From NCBI GenBank assembly GCA_002269645.1, contig NIVC01002690.1:1-64000 (forward strand): 64,000 nt of DNA. The letters run 5' to 3'. Below the pieces are notes generated by a model. It made no database searches. It had not been told where the DNA came from and saw nothing but the letters and a program-made list of their open reading frames with translations. Made by a program: the position numbers and the translations under genes. Positions 57,801 to 64,000 of this stretch are shown here, piece after piece (the first letter of the stretch is position 1; every line of letters starts with the position of its first letter). Source of the DNA: Macrostomum lignano (lineage: Eukaryota).

Positions 57801-60800
57801 GGTATTTAGGCGTGCCAGAGATGGGTATTTAGGCGTGCCAGTGATGGGTTTTCAGACAGCAAAAAGATTTTTAAGGAATTCTTCAATAAAATTGATCTCT
57901 GACAGGTTATTTAATTAGTGAGCATAGGCTACCTGCTCAACAAAGGCCGTCATGGTTCCGATGACGATCAGCGAGATGACGAAGGCCGGGTAAGCCTTGA
58001 GGTATTGCCTGCACAGCGGGTGGTTTGATGGAGGAAATATTTTGCTCCTTTGAACATTATTTAATAATTATTCAAGCAATTTTATAATCAAGAAACTTCA
58101 TTTTGCATGCACTTTCTTAACCCAAGTATTGATACATGATGCCTAGATCCTAACTTATTAATCCCCCTGAATCCTACTCGTTTATCCCCTAGATCCAACT
58201 CACTGATCCCCTAGATCCCACTCACTGATCTCTTAGATCCAAAAGATTTATCCCTACTCATTGATCCCCAGATCCCACTCACTGATCCCCTAGATCCCTA
58301 CTCACTGATCCCCTAGATCCCACTCATCGATCCCCTTGATCCCACAAATTTATCCCCTAGATCCAACTCACTGATCTTCCAGATCCCACTCACCGATCCA
58401 CTAGATCCCACTCACTGATCTTCCAGATCCCACTCACCGATCCCCTAGTTCCCAGAAATGTATCCCCTAGATCTCACTCACCGATCCCCAGATCCCACTC
58501 ACCGATCTCCTAGATCTCACTCACTGATCCCCTAGATCCCACTCACCGATCCCCTAGATCTCACTCACTGATCCCCTAGATCCCACTCACCGATCCCCTA
58601 GATCTCACTCACTGATCCCCTAGATCCCACTCACCGATCCCCTAGATCTCACTCACTGATCCCCTAGATCCCAGAAATTCATCCCCTAGATCCTAGTCAG
58701 TCAGCCTCCAACTCAAGGTTAAACCCTGACTCAGACTAAGCCTAGGCTTTATTCAGACCCAGCCATTCAATTTAGCTTTCATGTTTGCCAAGATTCCAAT
58801 TTCCGCGATTTCGCTACACTTTTCTCACGTGGGCGGCACCAGGGCGATCAGCACTTTAAAGAAGAAAGTGCAAAAGTGCAGCAGCAAGTCCAGGCAGCTG
58901 ATCTCGTTGGGATTTCCGTCTTCATCCTCGCCGGCGTCGATGCTCATCGCCCTGGGATTGGTGGAAAATTCGGCCTTGTGAGCAGCTTGGGAGAGAGATT
59001 CAGTGAGCAGAGAGACAGACTCAATGAGCAGAGAGGCAGACTCAATGAGCAGAGAGGCAGACTCAATGAGCAGAGAGGCAGATTCAATGAGCAGAGAGGC
59101 AGATTCAATGAGCAGAGAGGCAGATTCAGTGAGCAGAGAGGCAGACTCAATGAGCAGAGAGGCAGACTCAATGAGCAGAGAGGCAGATTCAATGAGCAGA
59201 GAGGCAGATTCAATGAGCAGAGAGGCAGATTCAATGAGCAGAGAGGCAGATTCAATGAGCAGAGAGGCAGATTCAATGAGCAGAGAGGCAGATTCAATGA
59301 GCAGAGAGGCAGATTCAATGAGCAGAGAGGCGGACTCAATGAGCAGATAGGCGGACTCAATGAGCAGAGAGGCAGATTCAAAAAGAAGGAAGCAGGAACA
59401 AAAAACAAAATAAGAGTGAAGAAAGAAGGCTCTCACTGAATAAACTGTCCCTTGTAGGTCAGCTCCTCTTCCTCATCATCCTGAGCCTCTTTTGCTAGCT
59501 GAGCTTCATCATGCTTTGATTCGTCTGTTGAAAAACGGGTGTTCAGAAATGAATTTAATAAAATACTGTCGAATGGGGAATGATTTAATTCGGCAATGAA
59601 CTCAACTCCAGACTCACCCGGACCGATGAAGCAGACCGCGCCAGACACGGCGCCCAGCTTGGCGCCGAAGCTGGGATTCTTGAGAATCGCTGTGAACTGC
59701 TTTGAGGCCTGTGAGAGGCAAGTTTTAATATGCCAATGAATTTAAAACCTAAATAAAGCTTGCATGATTTGAACTGACACTGCCGATATGTGTCGAAAAA
59801 AACTCACAGCGCTGGCCTCGTTGATGCGAATTTCCACAGTTTTCTGCATCTCGCAATGTTTGAAAGTCACCTGCTCGTTGCAGGCCACGTAGTCGAAGCT
59901 CTTGCAGTTGTCCCCGCCGACTGCTGAGCCGTCTCTGCCGGGTTCGATGGAGTGGGCGGGTCATTAAATCTCTATCACATGTGCCCTCATTATCTCCTTA
60001 TCACCTGTGCTCTCATAATCTCCTTATCACCTGTGCCCTCATTATCTCCTTATCACCTGTGCTCTCATTATCTCCTTATCACCTGTGCCCTCATTATCTC
60101 CTTATCACATGTGCCCTCATTATCTCCTTATCACCTGCGCCCTCATTATCTCCTTATCACCTGTGCCCTCATTATCTCCTTATCACCTGTGCCCTCATTA
60201 TCTCCTTATCACCTGTGCTGTCATTATCTCCTTATCACCTGTGCCCTCATTATCTCCTTATCACCTGTGCCCTCATTATCTCCTTATCACCTGTGCCCTC
60301 ATTATCTCCTTATCACCTGTGCTCTCATTATATCCTTATCACCTGTGCTTTCATTATATCCTTATCACCTGTGCTCTCATTATATCCTTATCACCTGTGC
60401 TCTCATTATCTCCTTATCACCTGTGCCCTCATTATCTCCTTATCACCTGTGCCCTCATTATCTTCTTATCACCTGTGACCTCATTATCTCCTTATCACCT
60501 GTGCCCTCATTATCTCCTTATCACCTGTGCCCTCATTATCTCTTTATCACCTATGACCTCATTATCTCCTTATCACCTGCGCCCTCATTATCTTCTTATC
60601 ACCTGCGCCCTCATTATCTCTTTATCACCTGTGACCTCATTATCTCCTTATCACCTGTGCTGTCATTATCTCCTTATCACCTGTGCCCTCATTATCTTCT
60701 TATCACCTGTGCCCTCATTATCTCCTTATCACCTGTGCTGTCATTATCTCCTTATCACCTGTGCCCTCATTATATCCTTATCACCTGTGCTGTCATTATC

Positions 60801-63236
60801 TCCTTATCACCTGTGCCCTCATTATCTCTTTATCACCTGTGACCTCATTATCTCCTTATCACCTGTGCCCTCATTATCTCTTTATCACCTGTGACCTCAT
60901 TATCTCCTTATCACCTGTGCCCTCATTATCTCCTTATCACCTGTGCCCTCATTATCTCCTTATCACCTGTGCCCTCATTATCTCCTTATCACCTGTGCTC
61001 TCATTATATCCTTATCACCTGTGCTTTCATTATATCCTTATCACCTGTGCTCTCATTATATCCTTATCACCTGTGCTCTCATTATCTCCTTATCACCTGT
61101 GCCCTCATTATCTTCTTATCACCTGTGACCTCATTATCTCCTTATCACCTGTGCCCTCATTATCTCCTTATCACCTGTGCCCTCATTATCTCTTTATCAC
61201 CTGTGACCTCATTATCTCCTTATCACCTGCGCCCTCATTATCTTCTTATCACCTGCGCCCTCATTATCTCTTTATCACCTGTGACCTCATTATCTCCTTA
61301 TCACCTGCGCCCTCATTATCTCTTTATCACCTGTGCTCTCATTATCTCCTTATCACCTGTGCCCTCATTATCTTCTTATCACCTGTGCCCTCATTATCTC
61401 CTTATCACCTGTGCTGTCATTATCTTCTTATCACCTGTGCCCTCATTATATCCTTATCACCTGTGCTGTCATTATCTCCTTATCACCTGTGCCCTCATTA
61501 TCTCTTTATCACCTGTGACCTCATTATCTCCTTATCACCTGCGCCCTCATTATCTTCTTATCACCTGCGCCCTCATTATCTCTTTATCACCTGTGACCTC
61601 ATTATCTCCTTATCACCTGCGCCCTCATTATCTTCTTATCACCTGCGCCCTCATTATCTCTTTATCACCTGTGACCTCATTATCTCCTTATCACCTGTGC
61701 CCTCATTATCTCCTTATCACCTGTGCCCTCATTATCTCCTTATCACCTGTGCTCTCATTATATCCTTATCACCTGTGCTTTCATTATATCCTTATCACCT
61801 GTGCTCTCATTATCTCTTTATCACCTGTGACCTCATTATCTCCTTATCACCTTCGCCCTCATTATCTTCTTATCACCTGTGACCTCATTATCTCCTTATC
61901 ACCTGTGCCCTCATTATATCCTTATCACCTGTGCCCTCATTATCTCTTTATCACCTGTGACCTCATTATCTCCTTATCACCTGCGCCCTCATTATCTTCT
62001 TATCACCTGCGCCCTCATTATCTCTTTATCACCTGTGCCCTCATTATCTCCTTATCACCTGCGCCCTCATTATCTTCTTATCACCTGCGCCCTCATTATC
62101 TTCTTATCACCTGCGCCCTCATTATCTCTTTATCACCTGTGACCTCATTATCTCCTTATCACCTGCGCCCTCATTATCTTCTTATCACCTGCGCTCTCAT
62201 TATCTCTTTATCACCTGTGACCTCAATACTTCATATAGGCTCACTCGGTGCAGACGTCCAGCGTGACGGTGCCGTCGGAGCCGCCCATCCTGTCGATGAC
62301 CAGGCGCAGCACCCCGGAACTCGGGTCACCGTGAAAATAAGTTGACGCAAAGTCGAACTCGCCAGGAACTTATGGGTGAGACAGGTGGGATGAGCTGGTC
62401 AGTCAAATCGCTGGTGGGCACTGTCGCAGCTCAAGGCGACAGTTGACCCACGCAGCCATCGAGGAGGCAAACCACCATGTCATGAGCGCGCTCACACGTT
62501 GTACAGCGGCCTAGGAGTTCTTATCGTCAGACAGGTTTGCCCACTGTGCCCGAGGGGTTTGCCCTCATGGGCGCGAATTGCATGAAAACTTTTAGCTCGA
62601 AACAGTCTGTCTTTGATTCACTGTGAACTTTGCTCACTCACTCATTTGCTCACTCACTCATTTGCTCACTCACTCATTTGCTCACTCACTCATTTGCTCA
62701 CTCACTCATTTGCTCACTCACTCATTTGCTCACTCACTCATTTGCTCACTCACTCATTTGCTCACTCACTCATTTGCTCACTCACTCATTTGCTCACTCA
62801 CTCATTTGCTCACTCACTCATTTGCTCACTCACTCATTTGCTCACTCACTCATTTGCTCACTCACTCATTTGCTCACTCACTCATTTGCTCACTCACTCA
62901 TTTGCTCACTCACTCATTTGCTCACTCACTCATTTGCTCACTCACTCATTTGCTCACTCACTCATTTGCTCACTCACTCATTTGCTCACTCAGTCATTTG
63001 CTCACTCAGTCATTTGCGCACTCACTCATTTGCTCACTCACTCATTTGCTCACTCACTCATTTGCTCACTCACCGTCATCATCAATTATGGTGACCTTGG
63101 CCACACCGGGATCGCCAATAATGCCGCTTTCTTCCGGGCAACTCAAATCGATGAAAAACTCCTTGTCCGCTTCGTACTCATAGTCATCAATGATGGGAAT
63201 GCGGATTGTCTTCACGTACTCGTCCTCGTTGAATAT
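53787..63236 (-). CDS. Na+/Ca2+ exchanger (SLC8/NCX family), 3' part. Exons 63074-63236, 62245-62368, 59808-59934, 59618-59708, 59437-59524, 58829-58951, 57933-58008, 54943-55096, 54220-54392, 53787-53966; 5' part lies beyond the window end
   Basis: Two Calx-beta domains ([14 protein letters not shown]...VTIIDDD). [15 protein letters not shown]...LDLLLHF...[10 protein letters not shown]. Alpha-2 repeat [10 protein letters not shown]...[31 protein letters not shown]. All introns GT-AG with consistent phases. Confidence 0.93.
55200..57845. repeat. 22-bp minisatellite (ccagagatgggtatttaggcgtg), 2.6 kb, in an NCX intron
   Basis: Directly visible. Confidence 0.97.
58175..59378. repeat. 22-23-bp array (58175-58690) and 21-bp array (59005-59378)
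   Basis: Directly visible. Confidence 0.9.
59965..62225. repeat. 26-bp minisatellite (tcattatctccttatcacctgtgccc), 2.2 kb
   Basis: Directly visible. Confidence 0.97.
62633..63073 (-). repeat. 16-bp minisatellite (gtgagtgagcaaatga on the - strand) starting at an NCX splice donor
   Basis: Directly visible. Confidence 0.95.
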
Positions 63237-63319
63237 CTTAATTGGTAGGCAGGCACTTTATAAATTATTCAGAATAACTGCGTACGAGCTCGTAGGTACA
63301 AATTGACTGTTGACTGCTT

Positions 63320-64000
63320 GCTCCCTGTCTCTCCCTGTCTCTCCCTGTCTCTCCCTGTCTCTCCCTGTCTCTCCCTGTCTCTCCCTGTCTCTCCCTGTCT
63401 CTCCCTGTCTCTCCCTGTCTCTCCCTGTCTCTCCCTGTCTCTCCCTGTCTCTCCCTGTCTCTCCCTGTCTCTCCCTGTCTCTCCCTGTCTCTCCCTGTCT
63501 CTCCCTGTCTCTCCCTGTCTCTCCCTGTCTCTCCCTGTCTCTCCCTGTCTCTCCCTGTCTCTCCCTGTCTCTCCCTGTCTCTCCCTGTCTCTCCCTGTCT
63601 CTCCCTGTCTCTCCCTGTCTCTCCCTGTCTCTCCCTGTCTCTCCCTGTCTCTCCCTGTCTCTCCCTGTCTCTCCCTGTCTCTCCCTGTCTCTCCCTGTCT
63701 CTCCATGTCTCTCCCTGTCTCTCCCTGTCTCTCCCTGTCTCTCCCTGTCTCTCCCTGTCTCTCCCTGTCTCTCCCTGTCTCTCCCTGTCTCTCCCTGTCT
63801 CTCCCTGTCTCTCCCTGTCTCTCCCTGTCTCTCCATGTCTCTCCCTGTCTCTCCCTGTCTCTCCCTGTCTCTCCCTGTCTCTCCCTGTCTCTCCCTGTCT
63901 CTCCCTGTCTCTCCCTGTCTCTCCCTGTCTCTCCATGTCTCTCCCTGTCTCTCCCTGTCTCTCCCTGTCTCTCCCTGTCTCTCCCTGTCTCTCCTGTCTC
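63320..64000. repeat. 10-bp minisatellite (ctccctgtct)
   Basis: Directly visible. Confidence 0.97.

Overview
Eukaryotic (animal) genomic DNA with multi-exon genes whose introns are packed with micro- and minisatellites. The style resembles the flatworm Macrostomum lignano, but that is an unverified inference. Features in order: (1) the 5' four exons of a TMEM145/GOST-family gene (- strand, 1124-3672); (2) a full-length, apparently intact LOA-like non-LTR retrotransposon (6935-12750; ORF1 plus APE-RT-RNase H-CCHC ORF2) with a 12-bp target-site duplication inside a 30-bp minisatellite; (3) a complete PDE8-type phosphodiesterase gene (+, 17174-33123) carrying a 1.5-kb foldback/MITE-like palindrome in one intron; (4) a PRDM8 orthologue (-, 34124-40918); (5) a bZIP gene with uninterrupted CDS (+, 47626-48459); (6) the 3' two-thirds of a Na+/Ca2+ exchanger gene (-, 53787-63236). 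Most ORF-track entries are artefacts of tandem repeats or antisense GC-rich sequence. The most notable observations are that the LINE's 3' tail mimics its target-site hexamer and its ORF2 takes its stop codon from the target site, that several intronic minisatellites are tandem amplifications of the splice donor itself, and the foldback element inserted in a (TCAA)n array. Exon structures were derived by hand from splice motifs and recalled protein similarity; no database searches were run.
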